Of a stretch of DNA of 64,000 nucleotides, positions 15,314 through 24,081 are shown one piece after another; the stretch's first letter is position 1, and the number at the start of each line of letters is the position of its first letter. The DNA lies in assembly GCA_028872875.1 (NCBI GenBank), contig JAGWOC010000001.1, forward strand, positions 49,983 through 113,982, given 5' to 3'. The notes under the pieces were generated by a model, which ran no database searches, had not been told where the DNA came from, and saw only the letters and a program-made list of their open reading frames with translations. This DNA comes from Chloroflexota bacterium (GTDB taxonomy: Bacteria; Chloroflexota; Dehalococcoidia; DSTF01; JACRBR01). Made by a program: the position numbers and the translations under genes.

Positions 15314-16594
15314 TCAGGGCGTCGTCTCGCGGCAGACGCCGGGCGTGTTGTCGACGTTGCCGTAGATCGTGTTGCCGCTCGGTATGACCGCGCCGGCGCG
15401 GTAGATGCAGATCGCCGAGCCGCGGTTATCGTAGATGCTGTTCCCCGTGATGTGCCCGAGCGACGTGTTCACGAACGAGACGCCGATGCCGCGGTTGTCG
15501 TGGATGCGCGAGTTCGTCACATCGAGGTTCGCGCCCTGCGCCAGCACGCCGCCGCCGAGCCGGCCCGTCTCCGCGAGCACCACGCTGTCGTGGATGTCGT
15601 TGTTGTTGATGAGGCCGACCGCGCGCACCGGGAAGTACGGGCCGACGACGCCGTACTTCAGCGGGTCCGGGTAAGCGCGGAACTCGATCGCGTGCTCCTC
15701 GTTGCCGCTGTACTCGTCGCCGTCGGACGACATGTTCGCGCCCCAGACGAAGAGCCCCGTGAGCTTGTTGCGCCAGATGTGGTTGTTGCGCATCACCCCG
15801 CGCGTGCCCGGGAACATCACGATGCCCGTGCTCCCGCTCGCCTGGATCACGTTGCTGTCGAGGATGATGTTCGCGTCGCCGACGAACGCCGGCAGGTCCG
15901 CGAGGTAGCAGACCGGCACGTCGACGAGGCCCGGCGGCAGGAGCGAGCACGGCGTCTGGCCGGCGAAGACGCCCGGGCCCTGGTTGTCGGAGATCACGTT
16001 CTGCACGATCGCCGTCGTCGCCGCTTCGCCGACCGTCGAGACGCCGACGCCGCCGTTCTGCACGATCCAGTTGCGCTGCACCACAAGGTTCGAGCGGCGC
16101 CGCACGAGCACCGCGTCCCCCGCCATCGCGTAGATGATCGAGTCGGTGATGCGGCCCACGCTGCCCACGTCGTAGTGGATGCCGATGCCACCGCCGCCCA
16201 CATCCATCTGCTGGAAGACGATGTTCTGGCTCTGCCAGACGTAGGCGTTCGAGGGGTGTCCGTAGAACAGCATGAAGTTCTCGAACGTCAGGTCCTGGCT
16301 GCTGAAGATCAGCATGCTGTCCTTCGTGCCGCCGGCGACGATCGTCTCGTGCCGCCCGGCGCCGCGCAGCGTGATGCCGGCCTTGTTCTGGAAGAGCAGC
16401 GGCGGGTAGACGCCGGGGGCCATGCAGATCACATCGCCCGGCCGCGCGGCGTTGATCGCCGCCTGGATGTCCGCCGGCCCGGCGTTGCGGGTGCACGCCG
16501 CGGCCGCGATGCGGTGCGCCGGCGGTGCGCCGAGCGCCGCCAGCGCGGCGACAGCAACCAGTGAGACAAGCAGGCACAGCCGCGTCCGCGTCAT
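15314..16594 (-). CDS. secreted right-handed parallel beta-helix repeat protein (pectate-lyase/NosD-like fold)
   Basis: ATG 16594 with GGGAGG upstream. Signal peptide MTRTRLCLLVSLVAVAALAALGAPPA. Many repeats of the type I.NN.I..N...G........I.GN are present. The first 34 codons of the track ORF are upstream junk. The alternative overlapping ORF 15426..16655 was rejected. Confidence 0.75.
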   Translation of the reverse strand: MTRTRLCLLVSLVAVAALAALGAPPAHRIAAAACTRNAGPADIQAAINAARPGDVICMAPGVYPPLLFQNKAGITLRGAGRHETIVAGGTKDSMLIFSSQDLTFENFMLFYGHPSNAYVWQSQNIVFQQMDVGGGGIGIHYDVGSVGRITDSIIYAMAGDAVLVRRRSNLVVQRNWIVQNGGVGVSTVGEAATTAIVQNVISDNQGPGVFAGQTPCSLLPPGLVDVPVCYLADLPAFVGDANIILDSNVIQASGSTGIVMFPGTRGVMRNNHIWRNKLTGLFVWGANMSSDGDEYSGNEEHAIEFRAYPDPLKYGVVGPYFPVRAVGLINNNDIHDSVVLAETGRLGGGVLAQGANLDVTNSRIHDNRGIGVSFVNTSLGHITGNSIYDNRGSAICIYRAGAVIPSGNTIYGNVDNTPGVCRETTP

Positions 16595-16749
16595 CCTGAC
16601 CTCCCGAACCTCGCGACGACGTGGCGTCGCCGGCAGCCCTGCCGCACCGGAGCATCCTACCCGATGCGCCGCGCTGATGTCAGACCGTGGGAACATTCAC
16701 AGTTCGCACCCGCGAGTGCGAACGAAGCGGGCGGGGCAGGGGCGCGGGG

Positions 16750-17106
16750 ACGCTATACTACCTGCTGGCCGACCACCTGGGCGGCACGGTGGGCGTGATG
16801 GACACCAGCGGCAACGTCGTGGCGAAGCAGCAGTACTGTCCCTACGGCGCCGCGCGCACCGACGCGATCTCGACGGCGGCCCAGACCGATCGGCTCTTCA
16901 CCGGCCAGCGGCAGGAGCCCGGCGACGGGCGATGCGCTGGGGCTGTACGACTACCACGCGCGGTTCTACAGCACGGCGCTCGGCGCTTCGTGAGCGCGGA
17001 CACGGCACCGGCACAGCTAGTCCGTCCCCGCGCCCCGTCGCACGAGGAGTCGGCGTTCACGACGTCTGTTTCGGGGAGAGGAGTATTCTTGACGACGGGA
17101 GGCTGA
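16750..17106 (+). pseudogene. RHS repeat-associated core domain remnant (frameshifted, no upstream YD repeats)
   Basis: LYYLLADHLGGTVGVMDTSGNVVAKQQYCPYGAARTDAISTAAQTDRLFTGQRQEPGDG matches the RHS core consensus Y..DHLGS.....D.SG......Y.P.G...........FTGQ..D...GLY.Y.AR.YDP.LGRF.S.DP. The expected continuation LGLYDYHARFYSTALG is in the +1 frame (around 16925-16980) and RFVSADTAP in another frame (from about 16985), so at least two frameshifts have occurred. It ends 1 nt before the S9 peptidase ATG. Confidence 0.6.
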
Positions 17107-17107
17107 C

Positions 17108-18862
17108 ATGACGGCGGCCTGGCGTCGGCGATTCCTTGCCCCGAGCGTGTCAACGCCGCTGTGGGCGCTGGACGCTCCCGACAGACTGATGTATCGGTCG
17201 AACGCGAGCGGGAAGTGGGAGTTGCATACGTGGGACCGCACGACGGGCGTGCGCACGCAGGCCACGGAGCGGCCGGAGGGTACGCTCCAGGGTGCCATCG
17301 ACCGGACCGGCAAGTGGGTCTGGTGGTTCGACGATGAGCGAGGTAACGAGCTCGGGCGCTGGATGATCCAGCCCTTTGCGGGCGGCGAGGCGCGCGTCGC
17401 CGCGCCGGACGTGCCGCAAGCCTACACAACCGGGCTCACGCCCTGCCGTTCGTTCGCCGTGATGGGCCTCTCTCTGATGGAATCGGGCACCCGCGTGTAC
17501 ATCGTGCAGCTCGGCGCGCGTTCGAGACTCATCTACCAGCATCGACAATGGGCGGGGGAACCCGACGTGTCACGGGATGAGTCTCTGATTTGCCTGACGC
17601 ACGCGGAGCGCGGAGATATGCTTCACCCCGCGCTTCGCGTATTCACACCCACGGGCCGGACGGTAGCCGACCTCGACGACGGACCGGAGTGTGGACTCAC
17701 ATCGTTGGGCTGGTCGCCTGTGGCCGGCGACAATCGGCTGCTGGTGTTACACGAGCGGCGCGACGCGCCCGCCCTTCTCGTTTGGTCGGCCCAAAGCGGT
17801 GACCTACGCGAGTTGCCCATCGATCTGCAGGGCGACGTGGAAGGCGCCGACTGGTATCCAGACGCGTCCGAAATCCTCGTGCGGCGGACCTATCGCGGCC
17901 GATCCGAGCTGTACCGATACAACCTCTCTTCCGAGAGCTTGCGGCGTATTCCTACAGGGCCAGGGACTGTCCGGGTCGCGCGAGTGCGCCCCAACGGTGA
18001 AGTTTGGTATGGATGGTCGAGTTCCTCCGCGCCTCCGGAAGTCCGCGCCGGCGACGGCGTTCTGTTTCGGCCGCCGGGCGACCCTGCGCCGGCTGGCGTC
18101 GCTTACTCGGACCACGACGTGGCGGGCGTCCATTTCTTCATAGCGGAGCCCGAACGTCCGCGACCCCACCCAACGATCTTCATGGTCCACGGCGGCCCAA
18201 CCGCAGCCGATCTCGATATCTACCATCCCGCCGTTCAGGCGTGGGTTGACCACGGGTTTGCCGTGCTGCTCGTTAACTACCGAGGAAGCACCGGCTACGG
18301 GCGAGCATGGCGCGACGCCCTGCAGGGTGACCCGGGTTTTCCAGAGCTCAAGGACATCGCCGCTGCGCACGACTGGGTGCACGCATCCGGCATCGCTGAT
18401 CCCGCGCGGGTCATCCTGTCCGGCGAATCGTGGGGAGGGTACCTGACGCTGCTCGGGCTCGGCGTACAGCCGGAACGCTGGTCTCTGGGCATCGCGGCTA
18501 TCCCGATGGCCGACTGCGCCATGGCGTATGAAGATGTCGCAGAACCGCTCCAGGCCTACTTCCGCGCACTCTTCGGCGGCCCCCCCAGCGAGGTACAGGC
18601 GCTTTACGCCGAGCGTTCACCGCTCACGCATGCGGGGCGCATACGTGTCCCGGTGATGATCCTTGCGGGCGAGAACGACCCGCGCTGCCCGATCCGTCAG
18701 ATAGAGCACTACACCGCCCGCCTCGAAGAGCTTGGCAAGCCGTACGAGTTGTACCGCTTTAACCTCGGCCATGGCTCAGCGGTCGTCCAGGAAACGGTGC
18801 GGCAGGTGGAAGCTCAGATCGCCTTCGCGGCGCGGTGCCTCGGCACGCCCGCGCCCGAATGA
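17108..18862 (+). CDS. S9 family serine peptidase (prolyl oligopeptidase / acylaminoacyl-peptidase type; beta-propeller plus alpha/beta hydrolase)
   Basis: 584 aa. The C-terminal domain has IFMVHGGP, the nucleophile elbow GESWGGY, and D/H in GENDPRCP...LGHG. GGGAGG lies 7 nt upstream of ATG 17108. Confidence 0.85.
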   Translation: MTAAWRRRFLAPSVSTPLWALDAPDRLMYRSNASGKWELHTWDRTTGVRTQATERPEGTLQGAIDRTGKWVWWFDDERGNELGRWMIQPFAGGEARVAAPDVPQAYTTGLTPCRSFAVMGLSLMESGTRVYIVQLGARSRLIYQHRQWAGEPDVSRDESLICLTHAERGDMLHPALRVFTPTGRTVADLDDGPECGLTSLGWSPVAGDNRLLVLHERRDAPALLVWSAQSGDLRELPIDLQGDVEGADWYPDASEILVRRTYRGRSELYRYNLSSESLRRIPTGPGTVRVARVRPNGEVWYGWSSSSAPPEVRAGDGVLFRPPGDPAPAGVAYSDHDVAGVHFFIAEPERPRPHPTIFMVHGGPTAADLDIYHPAVQAWVDHGFAVLLVNYRGSTGYGRAWRDALQGDPGFPELKDIAAAHDWVHASGIADPARVILSGESWGGYLTLLGLGVQPERWSLGIAAIPMADCAMAYEDVAEPLQAYFRALFGGPPSEVQALYAERSPLTHAGRIRVPVMILAGENDPRCPIRQIEHYTARLEELGKPYELYRFNLGHGSAVVQETVRQVEAQIAFAARCLGTPAPE

Positions 18863-19094
18863 CTGCGCTCCGACAGGTCGGTTTCGACAATAGGCGACCG
18901 GTGGAGGCGATTCATGGCAATTTATCGCGCCGTGGGCATCTGCGGCACACGACGTTTCACTCAACCTTACACGTGCCGTCAAACACACGCGTTTCGTCCC
19001 GGCAGGCACGAACGTGGCGTTGACCCCGTCAGCGGATGAGCCTTAACCTCACCTCGTCAGACAGCTCGAAGCTAAACTAAGCGCTGTTCTATTC

Positions 19095-19487
19095 TTGCTC
19101 GGCGCGATAGTCAACCGGAACGGCTTCCTCTTGCTTTCGGCCCTGATCGGGGTATTCGCCTCGTGGAGGGTGGTTCATCCTGTAATTCGGAGCCATCAAG
19201 CGGAGGCCGCCGCGTCGCGGCGCGTCGCCGTCGCTATGCTCATTCTTGTCGCAATCGTGCTTGCCGGCGCGTTTACACTCGGATGGGTTCGTCTCGGTCT
19301 CGTTGTTGCCCTAGCTAGTCGTACTTGGCAGTGCGTTTATGGTGTGGAGCCGCCGCCAAGGCTGAGCGCTGCTCGCGGCGGGCGACCTCGCCGGAGAACC
19401 CGGACGGCCCGGATGGGGTTCAGGCGGCCGCCCCTCCGTCCTCCGTCCCCCGCCCCGCCTACCCCAGGCGCTCCGAGAGGAAGCTGA
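19095..19487 (+). CDS. hypothetical small membrane protein in a low-GC islet (doubtful)
   Basis: TTG-start ORF with two hydrophobic segments (FLLLSALIGVFASW and VAVAMLILVAIVLAGAFTLGWVRLGLVVALA). Codon usage is atypical for the window (ATA, GTA, ATT, CTT, TTT), local GC is clearly lower, and the 3' end overlaps the GH15 gene and turns Pro/Arg-rich. Confidence 0.25.
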   Translation: MLGAIVNRNGFLLLSALIGVFASWRVVHPVIRSHQAEAAASRRVAVAMLILVAIVLAGAFTLGWVRLGLVVALASRTWQCVYGVEPPPRLSAARGGRPRRRTRTARMGFRRPPLRPPSPAPPTPGAPRGS

Positions 19488-21486
19488 CCCGCTCCGGCTC
19501 GTGCTTCGGGCGGCCGCACGCGGGGCAGAGGTCGAAGCCCGCGCGCTTGCGGGTGAACTCGAGCACGGTGCGAACGAGCTCGGCGTGGCTCCACGTCAGC
19601 GGCGACACGGAAAGCGGCGCATCGCTGTACGGGTCCACCTGCTCGGCGAGCACGCCGCTCGGCAACGCGCGATCCGCCACCCACTGCATCAGCTCGGCGG
19701 CGGGCTGCAGCTCGGCCTCTGAGGTCGCGCGCGCGATCCGCCACTGCGCGAGCCAGAGCGTGCAGATGAACCACGGGTTGCCGGGGACATCGCCGGCATC
19801 GGGCGCACGCTGGTACTGATCGCGCTCGTAGCGCGCCAGGCCGCCGACCGGCGTCTTCACCCAGAGGCGCTCTCGCACGTCCTCCATCGTGCTGACGATG
19901 CGCGGGTCGGAGGCGTCGAACATGCCGAGCTGGAACAGGCCGCCGACGCTCGCATCGACGGTCATGTCGGGTGTGTAACCGCCATCGTCGTCGGGCGTCA
20001 GCGTCCGCACGAAGCGCCGCTCGCCTTCGTGCCAGAAGTGCTCGATCGTCGCCTGCTTCATCCGTTCCGCGGCCCCCGCCATGTGCTCCGCGTCGTCGCG
20101 GTCGCCGAAGGTGGCGAAGAAGTGGGACGCCGCCATCAGCCCGGCCCAGGTCGCCGCCACCGTCCAAGCGTGGACGCCCCAGCGCTCCTCCCAGAGATCG
20201 TACGAGGGCTTCGGCAGCCCCTCCGCGTCGACGTAGCGCAGCAGGAACTCGGCCGCCGGGCGGATCATCCCCTTGTAGAACGGCGTGATGAACTCGACGT
20301 CATGATGCCGGTCGAAGTGCCGCCAGAGCGCCCAGAGCGGCAGGCCCGTCTCGTCTTCCTGGATCGGCAACTGACGCCTGCCGTCGCGCACCCACGGGTG
20401 CCACGAGCTGGCGAGCGTGCCGTCGGTGTTGAACTTGTGCATCCAGTAGCCTTCCGGGTTCTGCACCTTCGCCAGGAAGTCGAAGGCCGGCCGCGTCGTG
20501 CCCTCGTAGCCGGCGTCGTCGAGCGCCGAGGCGACGAGCGCGCTGTCGCGCGGCCAGACGTACGCGTAGGTGTCGCGCGCGTAGGTGGCGATGTCGTAGT
20601 CGCTCGCCGCGACGATGCCGCCGTGGTGGTCGATCTGCGTGCTGATCGTCAGCAGGCTGCGCTTGAAGAGCCGGGCGACCGCGTCCGGCACGCCCTCGAG
20701 GTCGTTCTCCTCGGCGTTCGCCCAGACCTTCCAGTAGGCCTTCGTGCGCGCCTGCAAGCGCGCCGGCGACTTGTCGACGATCACCGCGTTCACGGTGGCG
20801 ACATCCTGGTACGAGGTCCCGCAGCCGATCCAGTACCACGCCGTCTCCGAGCCGTTCTCGCCGAGGACGAGCTGGAGCGCGCCGACGGAGTCGACGGCCC
20901 CCTGCACGACGGTGCTGCCGCTCAGCACGCCGTCCTCGGCGTCGCGCCAGGTGCCCTCCTTGCCGTCGCTCTCCTTTTTGCCGACGGCCCACTGGTCCAG
21001 CCCGGGGGGCCGGTTGCCCGTCTGGCCGCTCATCAGGAACCAGCGGCCGCCCTTGTAGTGGATCAGCGCCCGCTGCGACAGGTCGTAGTACGCCGTGTCG
21101 CCGATCTCCGTGCCGCCGATGTGGAAGTCGTTGTGGAAGAAGAGGCGCACCTCGCGCTGCTGCGCGCGCAGGTTGGTGACGACGAGCCGGCGCACCAGCG
21201 CGTACTCGTGGAAGTCCACCACGTCGGTACAGGCGATGCGCAGGCCGGCGGCGTCGTTCGTCAGGACGACGTCCGTCGCGAGCGTCTCCTCGACGTAGCG
21301 CTGCTCGACCTGCCAGGAGTCGTGCACCCAGCTAAAGCTGCCGTCGGCCCAGACGCCGAGCCCGAAGCGATGCCCGGCCGTGTGGTTGCGCCCGCCGATG
21401 TGCGGGAAGTAGATATCGCGCAGGTGGTAGCGGTCGTCGAAGTTGACCAGCAGACGGCCGTTGCCGATGGGGATGTCTCGCGGCAT
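19459..21486 (-). CDS. glycoside hydrolase family 15 (glucoamylase/glucodextranase/trehalase-type)
   Basis: 675 aa with an N-terminal beta-sandwich region and a C-terminal (alpha/alpha)6-type region carrying YAYVWPRDSALVASAL and WEERWGVHAWT, a GH15-like catalytic region. Confidence 0.8.
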   Translation of the reverse strand: MPRDIPIGNGRLLVNFDDRYHLRDIYFPHIGGRNHTAGHRFGLGVWADGSFSWVHDSWQVEQRYVEETLATDVVLTNDAAGLRIACTDVVDFHEYALVRRLVVTNLRAQQREVRLFFHNDFHIGGTEIGDTAYYDLSQRALIHYKGGRWFLMSGQTGNRPPGLDQWAVGKKESDGKEGTWRDAEDGVLSGSTVVQGAVDSVGALQLVLGENGSETAWYWIGCGTSYQDVATVNAVIVDKSPARLQARTKAYWKVWANAEENDLEGVPDAVARLFKRSLLTISTQIDHHGGIVAASDYDIATYARDTYAYVWPRDSALVASALDDAGYEGTTRPAFDFLAKVQNPEGYWMHKFNTDGTLASSWHPWVRDGRRQLPIQEDETGLPLWALWRHFDRHHDVEFITPFYKGMIRPAAEFLLRYVDAEGLPKPSYDLWEERWGVHAWTVAATWAGLMAASHFFATFGDRDDAEHMAGAAERMKQATIEHFWHEGERRFVRTLTPDDDGGYTPDMTVDASVGGLFQLGMFDASDPRIVSTMEDVRERLWVKTPVGGLARYERDQYQRAPDAGDVPGNPWFICTLWLAQWRIARATSEAELQPAAELMQWVADRALPSGVLAEQVDPYSDAPLSVSPLTWSHAELVRTVLEFTRKRAGFDLCPACGRPKHEPERVSFLSERLG

Positions 21487-21522
21487 GAAGCGCCTCCTGC
21501 GTCACGGCCCGGCCGGCGGCGC

Positions 21523-23232
21523 TTACGTCGCGCCGCCCCCGAGCATCGCACGCGCCTCCCGTGCCGCCTCCGCCAGCGGCACGACGCGCGCGTCCTTCTC
21601 CGTCCGCCGCTTCAGCTCGGCTCCGCCCGCCTCGATGCTGCGCGGGCTGACGGTGATCCGGAGCGGCATGCCCAGCAGGTCGGCATCGTTGAACTTCACG
21701 CCGGCCGAGAGGTCCTCGCGGTCGTCGTACAGCACCGCGAGCCCGGCGTCCTGGAGCTGCTGATACACCTGCTCCGCGCTCTCGCGGACGCCGGGCTTGT
21801 CGAAGCCGAGCGCCGTCAGGTGCACGTCGTACGGCGCGATCTGAGGCGGCCAGGTGATGCCGCGCTCGTCGTGGTTCGCCTCGATCGCCCCGGCGAAGAC
21901 GCGGCCGACGCCGATGCCGTAGCAGCCCATCACCGCCGGCCTCAGCTCGCCGGCCTCGTCCGAGAACTGCGCCTGCAGGCGCTCCGTGTAGACGGTGCCC
22001 AGCTTGAAGACGTGCCCCATCTCCATGCCGCGCTTCGTCTCGAGCGTGCCGCCGCAGCGCGGGCAGCGGTCGCCGGCGCGGGCGAGCGAGATATCGGCGA
22101 CGACGTCGGCGGTCCAGTCGCGGCCATAATTGACGTTGCGGTAGTGTACGTCGGGCTTGTTGGCGCCGGCGATGAGGTTGGACGAGCGAAGCGCGGAGTC
22201 GTCGGCGACGACCTTCACGCCCTTCAGCCCGACCGGCGACGCCGACCCCGCGATGAGCCCGTGCTTGCGCACGCCCGCGTCGTCGAGCAGCGCCAGGCCG
22301 GTCGCCTTCAGCGCGTTGCGCAGCTTCGCCTCGTTGACCTCCAGGTCGCCGCGGATGGCGACGAAGACGGGCGCGCCGTGCGCCTCGTAGAACACCGCCT
22401 TCAGCGTCTTCTCGTGCGGCACGCCGAGGAACGCGACGAGGTCGTCGATCGTCTTCTGCCCCGGCGTCGCGACCTCTTCGAGCGGCAGCGGTTCTTCCGA
22501 AGGCAGCTCGCGCTTCTTGTGGTCGGCCTTCTCCTCGTTCGCCGCGTAACCGCAGGTGCCGCAGAGCAGGATCATGTCCTCGCCGACCTCGGTGAGGTAC
22601 ATGAACTCCTCGCTGTCCTTGCCGCCGATCGCGCCGGAGTCGGCGAGCACGGGGACCGTCGGCACGCCGCAGCGGTCGAAGATGCGCGTGTAGGCGGCGC
22701 GCGCCGCCTGGTAGTTGGCGTCGAGCGCGTCCCAGTCGGTGTCGAAGCTGTAGGCGTCCTTCATCGTGAACTCGCGGGTGCGCATGAGGCCGCCGCGAGG
22801 GCGCGCCTCGTCCCGGAACTTCGTCTGGATCTGGTAGACGAGCAACGGCATGTCGCGGTAGCTCTGCACCTGCCGCTTGAACAGGTCGACGACGACCTCC
22901 TCGTGCGTCGGGCCGAGCACGAAGTCGCGCTCGCGGCGGTCCTGGAACTTCACGAGCACGTCGCCCATCGTGTCGAGCCGGCCGGATTCGGCCCACAGCT
23001 CCGCCGGCTGGATCGCCGGCATCATCACCTCTTGCCCGCCCGCGCGGTCCATCTCCTCGCGGATGATCTGCTCGATCTTGCGCATCACCCGCCAGCCGAT
23101 GGGCAGGTAGCTGTAGACGCCGGCGGCGAGCTGCTGCGCCAGCCCCGCGCGCAGCATCAACTGGTGGTTCGGGGTGTCCGCCTCGGCCGGCGCGTGCCGC
23201 AGCGTCTTGGCGAACAGGTGGGACATACGCAT
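21523..23232 (-). CDS. proS: proline--tRNA ligase (bacterial type with editing domain)
   Basis: ATG 23232 gives MRMSHLFAKTLRHAPAEADTPNHQLMLRAGLAQQLAAGVYSYLPIGWRV, the class II aaRS ProS signature. The upstream 27 codons of the track ORF are junk. Confidence 0.95.
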   Translation of the reverse strand: MRMSHLFAKTLRHAPAEADTPNHQLMLRAGLAQQLAAGVYSYLPIGWRVMRKIEQIIREEMDRAGGQEVMMPAIQPAELWAESGRLDTMGDVLVKFQDRRERDFVLGPTHEEVVVDLFKRQVQSYRDMPLLVYQIQTKFRDEARPRGGLMRTREFTMKDAYSFDTDWDALDANYQAARAAYTRIFDRCGVPTVPVLADSGAIGGKDSEEFMYLTEVGEDMILLCGTCGYAANEEKADHKKRELPSEEPLPLEEVATPGQKTIDDLVAFLGVPHEKTLKAVFYEAHGAPVFVAIRGDLEVNEAKLRNALKATGLALLDDAGVRKHGLIAGSASPVGLKGVKVVADDSALRSSNLIAGANKPDVHYRNVNYGRDWTADVVADISLARAGDRCPRCGGTLETKRGMEMGHVFKLGTVYTERLQAQFSDEAGELRPAVMGCYGIGVGRVFAGAIEANHDERGITWPPQIAPYDVHLTALGFDKPGVRESAEQVYQQLQDAGLAVLYDDREDLSAGVKFNDADLLGMPLRITVSPRSIEAGGAELKRRTEKDARVVPLAEAAREARAMLGGGAT

Positions 23233-23368
23233 CGGGTGACCCTCGGCCGCCGGCGTCCCGCGCCGGTGTCGGCTGTCGTGCGGAAGCTTATCGGACGCGC
23301 GGGGTGAGCTCACCCCACCTGCGTGCGCGGCCCCTCGGCGGCAGGCCCGCCTCGCCCACTGGCGCGCG

Positions 23369-23908
23369 TCAGGGTGTGGCGAGGAGCTTGCGGACGATCG
23401 GCGGCATCAGCGCGGCGAACGGCGACGGCGGCTCGGAGACGTCGTTGATCTCGAACCCGCGCGGCGTCGTGCGGTAGGTGCGGAAGCCGTCGACGCTCAC
23501 GTGCGCCCGGCGGCAGATGCGCTTCGCCTGCGCGCCGTAGCCGACGGGCACGTAGAGGTAGAACGCCACGCCCTTGACCGCCCCGTAGCGCGCCCACGCG
23601 CGCTTCGCCTCCGCCTCCGTGACCTGCTCGACCGTGGCGACCGCCACCGTCATCACCAGGTCGGTCTCGCCCGTGCTGCGCTTGGAGACGACGACGATGT
23701 CCGGGGCGATCTCGGCGTCGCCGACCTTCACGCCCATCGTCACCTCTGGCACGTTGATGTGCGTCCGGTAGGAGGGGTGCTCGGGCGTCGGAAACTGGAA
23801 GCGCCGGTCGGCGATCTCGTGGATCGCCTTCAGGTGCTTCTCGTCGACGGTGCGCGTCGTCCGTTCGAGCAGCTCGTCGACGTCTTCCCAGCGCGTATCA
23901 AGGGTCAT
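23369..23908 (-). CDS. hypothetical protein (179 aa)
   Basis: Ordinary amino-acid composition. The segment APDIVVVSKRSTGETDLVMTVAVATVEQVTEAEAKRAWARYGAVKGVAFYLYVP loosely recalls PD-(D/E)xK / Uma2-type nuclease cores. This is very tentative. Confidence 0.5.
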   Translation of the reverse strand: MTLDTRWEDVDELLERTTRTVDEKHLKAIHEIADRRFQFPTPEHPSYRTHINVPEVTMGVKVGDAEIAPDIVVVSKRSTGETDLVMTVAVATVEQVTEAEAKRAWARYGAVKGVAFYLYVPVGYGAQAKRICRRAHVSVDGFRTYRTTPRGFEINDVSEPPSPFAALMPPIVRKLLATP

Positions 23909-24081
23909 GGTTCCAGCTCCGGTGCGGCGTACGTTGGTTCGGGGGATGATAGTGCGAGACGCCGCCCACGCTCAAGGCCGCCGGATCCGGCCACCAGGAC
24001 TGCCCGCGTTTGACCCCCCGCTCCCTTGCCCCTCCCCCGCCCCCGGTGCTACGTTCGCATTCCGAGCACCGGAGGTGGCGC

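Noticed and set aside
15426-16655. Alternative 409-aa minus-strand ORF overlapping the beta-helix gene.
   Set aside because: The frame 15314..16594 carries a signal peptide, an RBS and beta-helix repeats. The alternative frame is Arg/Gly-rich.
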